Shown here piece after piece: positions 17,957-28,858 of a DNA stretch of 64,000 bases. The notes under the pieces were generated by a model. That model was given only the letters and a program-made list of their open reading frames with translations. It was not told the DNA's origin and made no database searches. Numbering within the stretch: position 1 is the stretch's first letter; every line of letters starts with the position of its first letter. Made by a program: the position numbers and the translations under genes. Source of the stretch: an uncultured Poribacteria bacterium (GTDB lineage: Bacteria > Poribacteria > WGA-4E > WGA-3G); assembly GCA_958296135.2 (NCBI GenBank), contig CATQHZ020000001.1, positions 3,808,001 through 3,872,000 on the forward strand, given 5' to 3'.

Positions 17957-18763
17957 TTACCCACTCCGTTTCAACCTGCCGACGCGCTTGGCATATTTCT
18001 CGCCGAGATGGAAGACCCAAAATCCAAGCGGAATCAGCACAATCCCGATGATGAGTAGTAAGAACAAATTGCCCGCTTGGCTCTCAACCGACGCGTTTTC
18101 AAGCATCGCCGCGCGGATAGACTTGAGGGTGTAAGTCGCCGGGGAAATCCAAGAGAGCGGTTGCAGCCATTCCGGCAGCACCTCAATCTCATAATAAATG
18201 CCGGAGATTAACAGCAGCAGCGATTGGATAATCCCCGTCGCCGCTTGTCCTTTTTCTGGCGAGAGCAGCGGAAAAATTGCAGCCATCAACCCAATTCCGA
18301 TGAAAGAGAGACTGGAAACGGTTACCGTAATCGCCATCGTGAACCAATTCGCGCGCCCGAGGTTGATGTGCTCGCCGAAGAAGAGGGGCATTATCGCCAG
18401 GACGAGCCCTGTCCGTAAAAGTCCATACAGAATCGCGAATAAGCAGGAGCCGACGAGGTGCGTGATGCGGTGAATCGGTGCCATGAAGGTATACTCTATG
18501 GTGCCTTCCCACCGTTCCCACGTAATTGCATCGCTCACCTCGCGCATCATGATAGAGAGAAAGCCCCAGATGAGCGCGCCAATGACGAGATAAAGCACAT
18601 CATCGCTCGAGCCGCGCCCCACCATGATTAAACCGATAGTTAGCGCGTTGACAATAGAGTAACTGAAAAACAAGATTTCCCAGCTGAGGTACCGCTTCAG
18701 GAGATTAAAATTGCGTTCAATGAAGGCGTAGGAAACCACGGTTTCCCGCACGAGATTCAGCAT
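17957..18763 (-). CDS. ABC-2 type transporter permease
   Basis: ERWEGTIEY..MAP and SGIYY.I..LP.WLQ motifs; six transmembrane segments. Confidence 0.9.
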   Translation of the reverse strand: MLNLVRETVVSYAFIERNFNLLKRYLSWEILFFSYSIVNALTIGLIMVGRGSSDDVLYLVIGALIWGFLSIMMREVSDAITWERWEGTIEYTFMAPIHRITHLVGSCLFAILYGLLRTGLVLAIMPLFFGEHINLGRANWFTMAITVTVSSLSFIGIGLMAAIFPLLSPEKGQAATGIIQSLLLLISGIYYEIEVLPEWLQPLSWISPATYTLKSIRAAMLENASVESQAGNLFLLLIIGIVLIPLGFWVFHLGEKYAKRVGRLKRSG

Positions 18764-18767
18764 CGGT

Positions 18768-19643
18768 TTATTCCTCCTCGTCCCCGATATCTTTGCCGGT
18801 GAGCGCGATGAAGACATCTTCCAACGTCGCCGGCGCACCGTTCAGTGATGGCACCCGGGCGATGAGTTCCTGGACAGTGCCTTCCGCGATGAAGCGTCCC
18901 TTATCAATAATGGCGATTTTGTCGCACAACCTTTCCGCTTCCGCCATATCGTGCGTCGTCAGCACGATGACAGCATGCCGTTCGCGGCGGATATCCTCAA
19001 TAAATGCCTGCACATCGCGTTTGGATTTCGGGTCCAGCCCTGTTGTTGGCTCATCAAGCAACAGAAGCATCGGCGAAGTTAACAAAGCACGCGCAATCGC
19101 TACCTTCTGCTGCATCCCGCGCGACAGGTTCTCCATCTCTTCGTCCATCCGCGCCGCATTGAAACCAAGGCGTTCTAAAATCTCACGTGCTTTTTTCTCT
19201 GCGGCCTCCGCGGAGATGCCGTAGAGGCGCGCGGCGTAAATCAGGTTTTCGGTGGAGGAAAGCCGTTTGAAGAAAGATGCCTCAACGGAAACGCGGTTCA
19301 TCACCTGTCTCACCTTCAGACTCTCAGTCACAACGTTGTCGCCGAAAACGTGAATGCTGCCTGCATCGGGCAAAAGTAAGGTAGAAATACAACGAATCAG
19401 GGTAGATTTCCCAGAGCCGTTCGCACCGAGGATGCCGTAGATCTCTCCGATGCCTACCTCCAGCGAGATGTTGTCAACGGCGCGGATAGTCTCTTTCTCA
19501 CGCTTAAAAAACTGGCGCAGGCGTTGGTAAAAATGTAGGTTCTCTGCCAGCTTTGTCCGCTTGGTTCGATGAAAATCTTTCGTCACCTCGCGGACAGATA
19601 GTCCATGGATTGGTTGTTCCACCTCTTTTTCCTCTATAGACAT
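18768..19643 (-). CDS. ABC transporter ATP-binding protein
   Basis: GANGSGKST, LSRGMQQK and LLLDEPT motifs. Confidence 0.95.
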   Translation of the reverse strand: MSIEEKEVEQPIHGLSVREVTKDFHRTKRTKLAENLHFYQRLRQFFKREKETIRAVDNISLEVGIGEIYGILGANGSGKSTLIRCISTLLLPDAGSIHVFGDNVVTESLKVRQVMNRVSVEASFFKRLSSTENLIYAARLYGISAEAAEKKAREILERLGFNAARMDEEMENLSRGMQQKVAIARALLTSPMLLLLDEPTTGLDPKSKRDVQAFIEDIRRERHAVIVLTTHDMAEAERLCDKIAIIDKGRFIAEGTVQELIARVPSLNGAPATLEDVFIALTGKDIGDEEE

Positions 19644-20116
19644 TAAGCCCCTAATGGTGCTTTATCGGCATGGGGCCAGAGCGATTCAGTTCCCGGATGA
19701 ACTGTCCAGGGCGGATGTCCATATCCACCCTGACAATCGGGAGATTGAAAACGAAATCGTCCTGGGTATAGGGCCTTTTCTTATTGACATTTTTCGTCAG
19801 ATTTTATAGCATATCCCTGAAGCTTCGGGTATATGGCGCGCGATTTAAACAAGGCTCGCCTGACTGCATTTTAACCGAAAAGGCGGAAAATTCTTCAATA
19901 TATCGCTATTTGCTTTTACCGCTGCTGGTGCTATTTTACGTCGTTGTTGCGCAGCAAGACAAACTCGCTGTCACATGGGCGCAAATGAAGGCGTTACCTT
20001 CCAGGTAGGTTTCTTTCCCTATTTCTTCCAGTTCGGCAGACGCGCTTTCCAAGCGCGCACGCGCCACAAAGTGCGCGGTTAAAAACCGAGCCTACCGAAT
20101 CCCGGCTACAGACATC

Positions 20117-20851
20117 CTACGCAAGTAATGAAGCAGAACCTGCATCCAGAAATACAGCGCAATCCGGGTGCGTCTGCAGGATAGACGCGGGATGCATCGG
20201 TGTTATCGCACCGGTGAGGCAATCGCGAACGGCTTCTGCTTTGCGTTCATCGGGGACAGTGCAAATAATTGACTTCGCCATCATGAGCTGGCGGATAGAC
20301 ATGGAGATAGCTTGGGTTGGCACCTCATCAAGCCCAGAAAACCATCCCTCGCCTACCTGCTGAAGCCGACACGCCTCATCCAATTCGACGACAATATAGG
20401 GCGCGTCGGTTTCAAAGTCCGCGGGCGGATCGTTGAAGGCGAGGTGCCCATTTTCGCCGATGCCGACGAATGCCACGTCAATCGGATGTTGCGCGATAAT
20501 GCTATTGAGCCGCGCGCATTCCGCTTGCGGATTGTCCGTTTCGCCGTTCAGGAAATGCACCGTCCCAGGCTGCACCAGATCGACAAGCCGTCCCCGCAGA
20601 TATTTGCGGAAACTGGCAGGATGCGTCTCTGGAATCCCGATGTATTCGTCCAGATGGAACATCGTCGTCTTGTCCCAGTCAATGGCGGTATCCGCAGTGA
20701 GCGCGGCGAGAAAATCAAACTGCGAGGCACCTGTCGCGACGATGAAGTTCGCGTGTCCGTGGGCGCGGAGTGCCTCTTGGAGTTTCGTGCTTGCGGCGTG
20801 TGCCGCCGCTTCGCTAGTTTCGCGTTTGGTTGTCGTTTTAAAAATCTTCAT
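20117..20851 (-). CDS. nagB: Glucosamine-6-phosphate deaminase family protein
   Basis: [25 protein letters not shown] and PASIL motifs. Confidence 0.85.
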   Translation of the reverse strand: MKIFKTTTKRETSEAAAHAASTKLQEALRAHGHANFIVATGASQFDFLAALTADTAIDWDKTTMFHLDEYIGIPETHPASFRKYLRGRLVDLVQPGTVHFLNGETDNPQAECARLNSIIAQHPIDVAFVGIGENGHLAFNDPPADFETDAPYIVVELDEACRLQQVGEGWFSGLDEVPTQAISMSIRQLMMAKSIICTVPDERKAEAVRDCLTGAITPMHPASILQTHPDCAVFLDAGSASLLA

Positions 20852-20894
20852 TGTTTCATTTACGGCTCTTAAGGGGAGTGAGAGATATCCGCCC

Positions 20895-21536
20895 TCACAA
20901 AAGCATACGGGTGAAATCCCGTTTCCAACTCGGCGAGAGAGCCGACAGTTTTCGGGCCCGCTCGATTTTCCCAAGGTTATCCTTATCAAAATAGCGCAGG
21001 TTCAGAATCTCCGTAACGCTCATTGATTCGGATGCCCTTTCAATGCGGATGATGGCATCGCCGGCGGTGATATCTCCTTCCGCAAGCACCCGAAAATAGA
21101 AACCGACACGGCGGCTGGCTAAGAATTGTTTCGCGAACCCTGGCATTCCCATTTTGGACTCCAACTTGAAACAAGGAACGCGCGGTTGCGTGACTTGCAA
21201 TTTTGCCGTTTCCCCTACCTGAAAAACATCGCCGATATGGATAGCGTCTTCCACCATGTCTTCAACGGTAAGATTTTCGCCGAATTGGCCGGCGGTTAAG
21301 TCATCTCGCTGCAACACCTCTTTCCAGAAAACGTAGTGCTCGCTCGGGTAAGCGTAAACGGATTTATAGGTACCACCGTGGACGCGAAGATCTCCCTGGC
21401 CATCGCCGTCAATGTTCTTCTCTCTGAGCATGACGGTGCCGGTTACGGGTTCTTTGAAAATCCCGGTCAGGATAGTTTTTCCGCGGTATTGGATAGGTTT
21501 CGGTTTTGAGACGTTTATAGATAAGAGTTGCATCAT
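20895..21536 (-). CDS. MOSC domain protein (YiiM-like)
   Basis: [24 protein letters not shown] and GFYFRVL motifs. Confidence 0.9.
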   Translation of the reverse strand: MMQLLSINVSKPKPIQYRGKTILTGIFKEPVTGTVMLREKNIDGDGQGDLRVHGGTYKSVYAYPSEHYVFWKEVLQRDDLTAGQFGENLTVEDMVEDAIHIGDVFQVGETAKLQVTQPRVPCFKLESKMGMPGFAKQFLASRRVGFYFRVLAEGDITAGDAIIRIERASESMSVTEILNLRYFDKDNLGKIERARKLSALSPSWKRDFTRMLL

Positions 21537-21841
21537 AGTAATGAGTATACAAATTTTTTCAGGTTTTGTCAAGACTTTTAATCGCATTCGTCAACGATGG
21601 TTTGTCCACAAGCGGGTTGAAGGAAAAGACAAGGGCGAAGTGAATGCCTTCGTCGAGTGATGCATCTTGTTGCGGTTCGGCGGGTTCTCCATCGCCATCG
21701 GTTTTCCAGTGGCCGGTTTGCTCGGTGGTATCATCGGCGACATCCGTTGGGACAACCAAATTGCTTGGATGTCTCTGGAAAGTGATGTTGATTTAAACGG
21801 CGCGTTCTGGTATACTTTGTCACAATAGATAGGAGATAAAA

Positions 21842-22663
21842 ATGCACGAAGAATACCTGAACGTCCTCCAAAGCAAAGCCGATTCAGATACGCGAGTGCT
21901 AGCAGCTTGGCTTGAGGGAAGCCTCGCCAAAGGCACCGCCGATAAATACTCGGACATGGATATCCACCTCTTGGTTGCCCCAGAAAATAAGGGCGCTTTC
22001 CAGCAGGAACTTGAATCGTGGATCTCCGATATCCAGCCCCTAGTCCTTTTTAGAGAGACGTTTCCGGGGCAAATGATAACCGGTATCACCGAGGCGGGAT
22101 TGCGTCTTGATGTCTGGTTACATTCAGGCACAACGATTTCACGGGACCGGGCGGCCGTTCGCGTGTTGTATGCCGATGAAGGAAGCATTCAATTCAAGGA
22201 GGCACGGGGAGATAGCAAACCGAAAGAGGTTGCTTCAGCATTAGCGCGGCATTTCAACGAGTTTTGGCGGTTGATTGCCATCCTGCCTACGGTTCTCGGA
22301 CGTGAAGAGCACATCGCGGGGTTCATGGGAACGGCATTTGTGGGGATGGCACTTACGGAAGTGCTCATCATCGGCGGCGGGAAACAACGAGATAGAGGCG
22401 TGAAAAACGTCAACGATTTTTTGCAACCGGAACTCAGAGAAGAAATTGAGACAGCATTAAGCAAGGTAGGCCTCGGTAGAGAACCTCTGGCAAAAGCGCA
22501 TCTCCGGTTAGCCGCGATGATGCAACGCTATGGCCCAGGCATTGCAGCGCAGCACGGACTCACGTATCCTTTCGCTTTGGAAAAGGCTGTCATCGGTTAT
22601 ATTGCGAGAGAGCTACAGTTGTTAGGACTTTCGGGGTGTTTAACCGAGTTACACAGATGTTAA
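21842..22663 (+). CDS. Nucleotidyltransferase-domain protein
   Basis: GSLAKG.AD.YSDMD Pol-beta motif. Confidence 0.8.
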   Translation: MHEEYLNVLQSKADSDTRVLAAWLEGSLAKGTADKYSDMDIHLLVAPENKGAFQQELESWISDIQPLVLFRETFPGQMITGITEAGLRLDVWLHSGTTISRDRAAVRVLYADEGSIQFKEARGDSKPKEVASALARHFNEFWRLIAILPTVLGREEHIAGFMGTAFVGMALTEVLIIGGGKQRDRGVKNVNDFLQPELREEIETALSKVGLGREPLAKAHLRLAAMMQRYGPGIAAQHGLTYPFALEKAVIGYIARELQLLGLSGCLTELHRC

Positions 22664-22894
22664 CCCATACATGCCGCTTATTTTCTTATGTATCTTTCCC
22701 AATAACCGTTCCGGGCGCGCTTGATTGAGGCGGCGTATTTTGGGATACTCCCTTCACAATAGAAAGGCGGCACTGATGAAACACGGAAGCAGATTACGTG
22801 CACGGAAGGCACTTGCCAGGGCCCGAACCCAATAGGGTGCCTCAATGCCCATCTGCAGCGCGAATGTCTACAGAGGGGCATTGGGTTTTCCGCG

Positions 22895-24367
22895 CTATTC
22901 AAAACCACCCACTTTCGCCGCTTGCGGTGCGCGCGTCGGAAGCCCTTTCTTTGCCAACGTGTCTGCTGGCACATAGTCGGAATAATCCGAAATCCCGCCG
23001 TGCGTCAGCGCATAGACGACGACGTTCGTCATGAAGCGATATACGCCCGGCGAATAGTGCACACTACGCGTCGGAAGACTCACCGACTCCATCGCGCACA
23101 TATAGTCCCGACGGACAATGAGAACGGACAACTTCTCATCGACAGTGATACCTTCAAGGTAGTTCCGTTTCGGCGGACGCGTCCCCCACCAGAAAATGTC
23201 AAAGCCGATCGGCGGGCCGCCCATTTCATAGAAGTTGTTGTAAACCTCGTGGGAGTTCAAGATACGTTCAATGTGGTATTCCGGCATGACGTACCGCATC
23301 TGCGCGAGGAAGAGCCGCACCATTGCCTGCGCAGGCGCATTCACACCGCAATCGTCAAAGACGAGGAACCCGCCTTTTTCCACAAGATATCGGCGGAGCC
23401 CCGCCGCCTCTGCCTCAGAAAATCGGCTATCCATTTTCCCGCCGCCATACTGTCTAGCGAGTAGGTTACGGGAATGCGTGAGCGAAGGCTCGTGCCCTGT
23501 CATAAAGGCAAGCGGCATTTTTAACAGATTCGCATCCGTCAGTTTCACCGCACCACCCTCAACGTTCATGTCCGTCTTGAGCTTGGTGCGTTCGTTGAGC
23601 CATTTCGTCAAGGCGTTCAACGAAGACGCATCTGCCCACCAGTCGGAAAGAGTATGGCGGATACGCGTGAAACGGAAAACACCGCGGATGTCTCTCCCTA
23701 CACCGACAACGTGTCCACCCGGCTCGCCTCTTTCAAGCGGCCGCACGTCCCCGCCGCCGAGAGGGATGCTCCTCACGACATCGTCTAATCCATTTTTCAC
23801 AGCACCAACGTGCTGCACCATCGCAAGCCCCGGTGCCCGCTCAAATGTGACTTTGAGTTGGACATCGCCCGCTGCTCCCCGATTCATACGAGCGGAACCT
23901 GCGGAAGGTGCAGTCGCCACAGGCGATGAGAAAGCTAACGCCCCGGGCGCATCGGATACCGGCAGCACTGCCTGCATCCACTCCTGCGGTTGCACATTTG
24001 ACACGACAACACTCGGAACGCTCGGGTTCACCGGCGCGTCTACCTTGACAACCTGATTTGTGAATTCCAGCACCGTCTGCGGCCGGAAAACGGTAGACTT
24101 ATCAAGAGCCTTCGTAACATGCGGTTTCACCTGAACAGGTTCAGAGACAACCGTGTGCTGTGGCGATACGACAGGCTTAATCGGCACTCGGATGATGGGC
24201 CTATGCACTATTGGCGGTTTCGGGGGCTCCACGGCAAAGAGGTCAAAATCAAAAAAAGCCTCAAAATAGTCGGTTTGACTGATGAGGTAGAACCCTGCGA
24301 TAAGCGCGATGACCAGGTGTAGCACCAGTGCTGTCACCAGCGCGCTTGAAGTTCTTTTCGCACTCAT
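22895..24367 (-). CDS. Membrane-anchored DUF4159-domain protein
   Basis: N-terminal transmembrane segment, Pro-rich linker, then FMTGH...LRRYL..GGFLVFDD C-terminal domain. Confidence 0.75.
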   Translation of the reverse strand: MSAKRTSSALVTALVLHLVIALIAGFYLISQTDYFEAFFDFDLFAVEPPKPPIVHRPIIRVPIKPVVSPQHTVVSEPVQVKPHVTKALDKSTVFRPQTVLEFTNQVVKVDAPVNPSVPSVVVSNVQPQEWMQAVLPVSDAPGALAFSSPVATAPSAGSARMNRGAAGDVQLKVTFERAPGLAMVQHVGAVKNGLDDVVRSIPLGGGDVRPLERGEPGGHVVGVGRDIRGVFRFTRIRHTLSDWWADASSLNALTKWLNERTKLKTDMNVEGGAVKLTDANLLKMPLAFMTGHEPSLTHSRNLLARQYGGGKMDSRFSEAEAAGLRRYLVEKGGFLVFDDCGVNAPAQAMVRLFLAQMRYVMPEYHIERILNSHEVYNNFYEMGGPPIGFDIFWWGTRPPKRNYLEGITVDEKLSVLIVRRDYMCAMESVSLPTRSVHYSPGVYRFMTNVVVYALTHGGISDYSDYVPADTLAKKGLPTRAPQAAKVGGFE

Positions 24368-24437
24368 TGTTTAGTCCTCCAAAAGATGTTTGCGCGTCTT
24401 AACGCGCCCCTTAAAAAAACTTATTGCAAATATAATT

Positions 24438-24454
24438 AGCAAATTCTATGCCAA
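24438..24454 (-). promoter_or_regulatory. Candidate sigma54 (-24/-12) promoter of the DUF4159 gene
   Basis: Minus strand TTGGCAT-AGAAT-TTGCT matches TGGCAC-N5-TTGC with correct spacing. Confidence 0.6.
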
Positions 24455-24787
24455 TTTTTTGGTATTCCTAGCGGTTGTTCACGTTTAACGTGGAAACTGA
24501 CGTTGTCTTGCCAGAACGCATTGACGTTGTCAAGGCTTACGGCTCTTTTACCTCAAACAAAGATGCCCATATTTCCTGCCGTAAACCCGTTAAATTACCC
24601 AAAAGGGGCAAAATCCCTTTTAAAATGCACGAAAAGGTCCTTTGGGGTTCCTAGCGGTTGTTTCGCGGCGACTTGGCTGTTGACGTTGTAAATGCTTACG
24701 GTTCCAGCTATCCGGAGAAAAAATGCAACTTTTTGCGGTTTCAAGTGTATTAACAAGTAACAGGCTCAACATGAAGTTGTGATAAGG

Positions 24788-24815
24788 GTAAGGGCGGATG
24801 TCTCTATCCGCCCGT
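24788..24815. repeat. REP-like palindrome GTAAGGGCGGATGTCTCTATCCGCCCGT
   Basis: Identical 28-mer at 49252-49279, inverted copy at 29765-29787, and degenerate copies near 19708, 42653, 48021 and 59561. The copies lie between genes or at gene boundaries. Confidence 0.8.
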
Positions 24816-24938
24816 ATCGCTCAAAAATCACTCATTCATTTTTTTTAATCTTCATGCGCTCTGGTTTCCCTACAGAGAGGATACAAATCAACATCATTTG
24901 GTATAACAGACTCAGCCAGAAACCGTAGGAGGATACGT

Positions 24939-25655
24939 ATGAATTTACTCTTGAAGATTGCCGGCCTTGCGGGAATCGGAGGTGTGGTATGCCTATTTTT
25001 AGTGTTCGCGCTCCGAGTGCCATACGCCCAAGATAAACCCGCTAGCGGTGCCATCCCCAGCGCGCCGAAGCAAAAATCCGTGATGCAACAACGCACACGA
25101 GCCCGTGCCAGCCAACGCCAAGTGGACTTCGGCGAAAATGAAGCGTTTTACCGCGTCATCATCGACAACAATCTCTTTCGGCCCCTCGGATGGAAAAAGC
25201 CGGAGGACAAGCCATCGTATAGCCTCCTCGGCACCGTTGTTGACACAGACAACGCGCGGGCGCAGGCGATTCTACTAGAGCCGCGGACGAATCGCTATTA
25301 CTTTGTCACCATCGGCGAGAAGGTAGGCGATACAACGGTGAAGGATATTCAACCGAAACAGGTTATCTTGGACGAAGCCGGAAAGACGATAACGCTGAAG
25401 GTAAGTCCGCTGCAGTTCCTTACGCAATCGCGCTCGCGCGGCGGGCCCGGGCGAGATGACGATGCACGCGCGAAAGCCAATGCCAAACGTAGTCACGAAA
25501 GCGGAAAAGCCGCGGTGAGTCCCAATTTGAACGTCGTGATTCCGAACAGAAAGCCCGGCAGATTTCAGATGAGCGCGGGGGTAGCCGAAAAGTTTCGTAA
25601 TGCTTCGCCGGAAGAGCGGCGGAAGATGATAGAGCAGGAATTCCGCAAGCGGTAA
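24939..25655 (+). CDS. Membrane-anchored protein, GspC/PilP-like domain
   Basis: N-terminal transmembrane segment, then NLFRPLG..YSLLGTV...AIL...IGEKVG...VKDIQ..QVIL. Confidence 0.55.
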   Translation: MNLLLKIAGLAGIGGVVCLFLVFALRVPYAQDKPASGAIPSAPKQKSVMQQRTRARASQRQVDFGENEAFYRVIIDNNLFRPLGWKKPEDKPSYSLLGTVVDTDNARAQAILLEPRTNRYYFVTIGEKVGDTTVKDIQPKQVILDEAGKTITLKVSPLQFLTQSRSRGGPGRDDDARAKANAKRSHESGKAAVSPNLNVVIPNRKPGRFQMSAGVAEKFRNASPEERRKMIEQEFRKR

Positions 25656-25836
25656 GCGAGAAGGAGGAGCAACGCAGGTGATAGAAGGCGGAATAGTGAC
25701 GGCTACTAACGAGACAAACCGACCTGGGCACCCGCTATCTTGTCATTTCTCGCGACGAAAAAACTGCTTCCGCAAAAAATGTGCAACTTTTTCGGCTTTA
25801 GTTTGTAGTGACGAATAAATGAAAAGGAGGATTCTC

Positions 25837-26847
25837 ATGAAAACCCGTTTTTTTCCAATTGTTCTCGGCGTATGCCTCGTTTCCCTGATTGGAGTGGCAC
25901 TCTTTGTGGTGTCGCGCTCCCAAACGGAGGCACCGATCGCGTCAGAGAGCATAACAACAACAGCGGCGCACCAAACAGAGGAGACAAATGTCAGCACAAC
26001 CTCCACGCGCGACGCTGAAGAAGTTGCGAAAAACCCCCAGTCTGCGAAGAGTCCCGCCCCATCTGCCGAAGAAACAGCGAAAATGGACGCTGTTAAACAG
26101 CAGCTCGTCCAGTCACTCGCTCAACGGTTTGAAGGGAAAACGCTTGCCGACGCGCCGGACATCGATTTCTCGCTACAAGAGATGCTTGACATCTTCGCCG
26201 ATGCCCAAGGCAAAGAGCGGATTGATATCGGGCAGATTGGACTGTATGCATTTCAAGAATTCGGTCCCGGCGGAGATCCGGCGGACTACGAACCCGAAAT
26301 GGCAGCGAAGGTTCACGAAATGGTTTTTAATACCCCTGGCGACTTTAGAGAGGTCCTGAGTGTTGTCGGAGATGCCGCCCACGAAAACCAGGATTTTTTG
26401 GTATGGAACCTGGCCTACTTCAAAGGCGACATCGGCGCAGGAATGGGGTGGATGATGGAACAAATCCTCGTCGCAGGTAATCTAGAGGAGGACCCGTTTT
26501 CTGTCCCGCCAGAGATGGCACCCCTCTTCGCGCCCGCTGTGCCAGAGGAAACTTCCTCAACAGCACCGCCTACGTTTGTGGAGACAGCCGATTCTCAACC
26601 TGACGCGCCCGCACCGATGTCAACCGCGCGGATAACAACTATCCGAGAGACGCTGTCTTCACACGGCACTGATGAAGGCATCTTGCATCTGCTTGAAACC
26701 GATGAGGCAGCGGCAAATTGGATTTTGGAACGCTTCGGTTCCTCCGAAGAAATAAAGGCATGGCTGGCTTCCGATGAACAGCCGCCTGCGGCACCCAAGC
26801 AAGCACCGAGTAGCCAACAACCTTTACCAACGGAGGTGCAACCGTGA
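25837..26847 (+). CDS. Hypothetical exported protein
   Basis: AGGAGG ribosome-binding site, signal/transmembrane segment, acidic low-complexity regions. Confidence 0.7.
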   Translation: MKTRFFPIVLGVCLVSLIGVALFVVSRSQTEAPIASESITTTAAHQTEETNVSTTSTRDAEEVAKNPQSAKSPAPSAEETAKMDAVKQQLVQSLAQRFEGKTLADAPDIDFSLQEMLDIFADAQGKERIDIGQIGLYAFQEFGPGGDPADYEPEMAAKVHEMVFNTPGDFREVLSVVGDAAHENQDFLVWNLAYFKGDIGAGMGWMMEQILVAGNLEEDPFSVPPEMAPLFAPAVPEETSSTAPPTFVETADSQPDAPAPMSTARITTIRETLSSHGTDEGILHLLETDEAAANWILERFGSSEEIKAWLASDEQPPAAPKQAPSSQQPLPTEVQP

Positions 26848-27683
26848 GACAAAACACCCTCGCAAGAATCAGGAACGGGATATTACTCCTTTCGCTCTTT
26901 CTGCCGCTCTGCCTCGGTAACGGCTTAGCAGGCGCGAAAGAAAAAGTCCCGGTCGGCGAAGTAGTGAACGGCATGAAAGACATCGCCGACAAGAAAGCAC
27001 AGAGCAAAGCGGCTTTAGAGCAGGGGGCGCGGGCACCGTTAACCGATGCGCAGCAAAAACTTCTCCAGACACTTCTGAAGAACCGCGGGCCGGTAGACGA
27101 AGTCTTGTCAACCGCGCCCTATCTCGCCTACCTGAAGGAGCAAGTGGGCAAGGAATATCCTAACTTTCCTGCCTACCTCGCCGCGATGCCGACACCGAAG
27201 CGAAAAACCGCTGTGTTGTTCGCGTTTAAGGATGCCTTCTCTCCGGAGACATCGGCGAAAGAGTTGCACATCTTCGTCGATTACTATTTCAAAGCGCGGC
27301 GACTGATTGCGAAGAAGGGATTCACCATCCTTGACACGGAGGCGGCCGCCGAATTCAGAAGCATCTATCTGGTAAAACCTTATGCCGAGTTGATGCAGAA
27401 GGAGTTCAAGGACATCCCTTTTCCGCTGTTTTTCAAGAAAATGATGCAGATAGGGGTGATTCCTGATAATCTCGCCGCCATGCATACTGAAGTGTTTCAG
27501 CGCGCCTGGCGAGAACGGCTGGAAAAGCACGGCGCGGCGGAGGGGCTTCTGCGGTGTGCCATCGCAACGCCAGCCGAATTTGCGCTGATGCGTTCATTTT
27601 TTCAGGAGACAGCCACGTTTGAAAAGTGGATTATGGAGGCAGCTGAAGGTGATGCGGCAGAAGAAAACTCGCCGAGTCCGTAG
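26844..27683 (+). CDS. Hypothetical exported protein
   Basis: GTGA overlap with the upstream gene; signal peptide. Confidence 0.7.
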   Translation: MRQNTLARIRNGILLLSLFLPLCLGNGLAGAKEKVPVGEVVNGMKDIADKKAQSKAALEQGARAPLTDAQQKLLQTLLKNRGPVDEVLSTAPYLAYLKEQVGKEYPNFPAYLAAMPTPKRKTAVLFAFKDAFSPETSAKELHIFVDYYFKARRLIAKKGFTILDTEAAAEFRSIYLVKPYAELMQKEFKDIPFPLFFKKMMQIGVIPDNLAAMHTEVFQRAWRERLEKHGAAEGLLRCAIATPAEFALMRSFFQETATFEKWIMEAAEGDAAEENSPSP

Positions 27684-27870
27684 GACGAGGGCCGGTCCCT
27701 CCCGAATCCTTTAGTTCTCCCCCTGCGTAGTTTGCGATAACTTGAGCGCAAACAGGTGGAGCTCAGGCGAGCTCCACCTACACGGAGGGACACGTTTTGA
27801 TTTCACTGTTGAATGCCACACCTAAAACTGAATGCCAATGCCTATCCCTCCTCCTACCGGCCAAAGAAGG

Positions 27871-28755
27871 TTATGTGCGGGGTTGAAGCTGTCCCGCCAA
27901 AATCGCGATGAGTTCCGCTAATGTCGGAAACCGGTCGCGAGCCTCCGGCGGCAGGTTAGCGAGGTGCGTTTCGCTAACGAAACGATACATGTCCGCCGCA
28001 CCGGACAAAATTCTCGGGGTTAACCCAGCATATTCAAAGGTTGCCGAGATTTCCTCCATTTCGCCGATCCATCGTCTTGCCTTAGGCGGCATGCCCGGCA
28101 GCCCTTTTTCCATCCGCTCAAAAAGCGCGGATTGACTTAACCGAAACTCTGCAGTGAGCGCATCCGAAACGCCCAAGACTTCCGCCGCCGTCAGGAGTTC
28201 AGTGCAGAGCGCAGTTAACCCTTTCGTTAACGAGGCATAACACATCTTAATCGCCGACGCGAGCCCGATTTCATCGCCGAGGGAACGCACGTCTAAGCCA
28301 TATCGGTTGAGTGCCAAAAACGCTTCAAGTGCCGGCCCTGAGGCATAGAAGCGCGTCGCGCCAGAGGTCCGCGGCGGTGGGCCGATGATAGACGCATCCA
28401 CAAACGTGCCGCCTGCCGATGTGATAACCTCGCCGAGTTTGCGCACCGTCTGCGGCGCGATGGCGTTGCAATCCGCATACGTCAGCGGCGTATCTGTCAC
28501 GAGCAGTGCATCGGCGACAGCTGCCGCAGCGGACATCGCCTGTGCTGGCACCATGATGGAGAGCACCAGGTCTGCCTCGGTGACGAGTTGCCGATACGTC
28601 GGCACATCAATAATTCCTGCTTTTTCGGCGAGCGCGCGAGTGCGAGCACTTCTCCCCACTAGACAAGTGATGACGCGCAACCCGTTTTGACGCAGAACAT
28701 CGCCGACGGTATGCCCCATATCACCGGGACTTAAAATTCCAATGGTGTCCGACAT
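27871..28755 (-). CDS. NAD(P)-dependent oxidoreductase (3-hydroxyisobutyrate dehydrogenase-like, DUF1932)
   Basis: GILSPGDMG, DASIIGPPP, ASAIKMCYA and KARRWIGEMEEI motifs. Confidence 0.85.
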   Translation of the reverse strand: MSDTIGILSPGDMGHTVGDVLRQNGLRVITCLVGRSARTRALAEKAGIIDVPTYRQLVTEADLVLSIMVPAQAMSAAAAVADALLVTDTPLTYADCNAIAPQTVRKLGEVITSAGGTFVDASIIGPPPRTSGATRFYASGPALEAFLALNRYGLDVRSLGDEIGLASAIKMCYASLTKGLTALCTELLTAAEVLGVSDALTAEFRLSQSALFERMEKGLPGMPPKARRWIGEMEEISATFEYAGLTPRILSGAADMYRFVSETHLANLPPEARDRFPTLAELIAILAGQLQPRT

Positions 28756-28858
28756 ATTTGAAAATTCCTATAGACATGAAGGACCTAACGTCCCTTTTTT
28801 TCATATTGCGTTGAGTCAGTGGCGCGCTCCCAAAGCGCGCCTACCGGCCTTGCACGCT

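Noticed and set aside
21559-21759. 66-aa minus-strand ORF
   Set aside because: No recognisable motif or clear RBS; it may be a remnant but cannot be supported.
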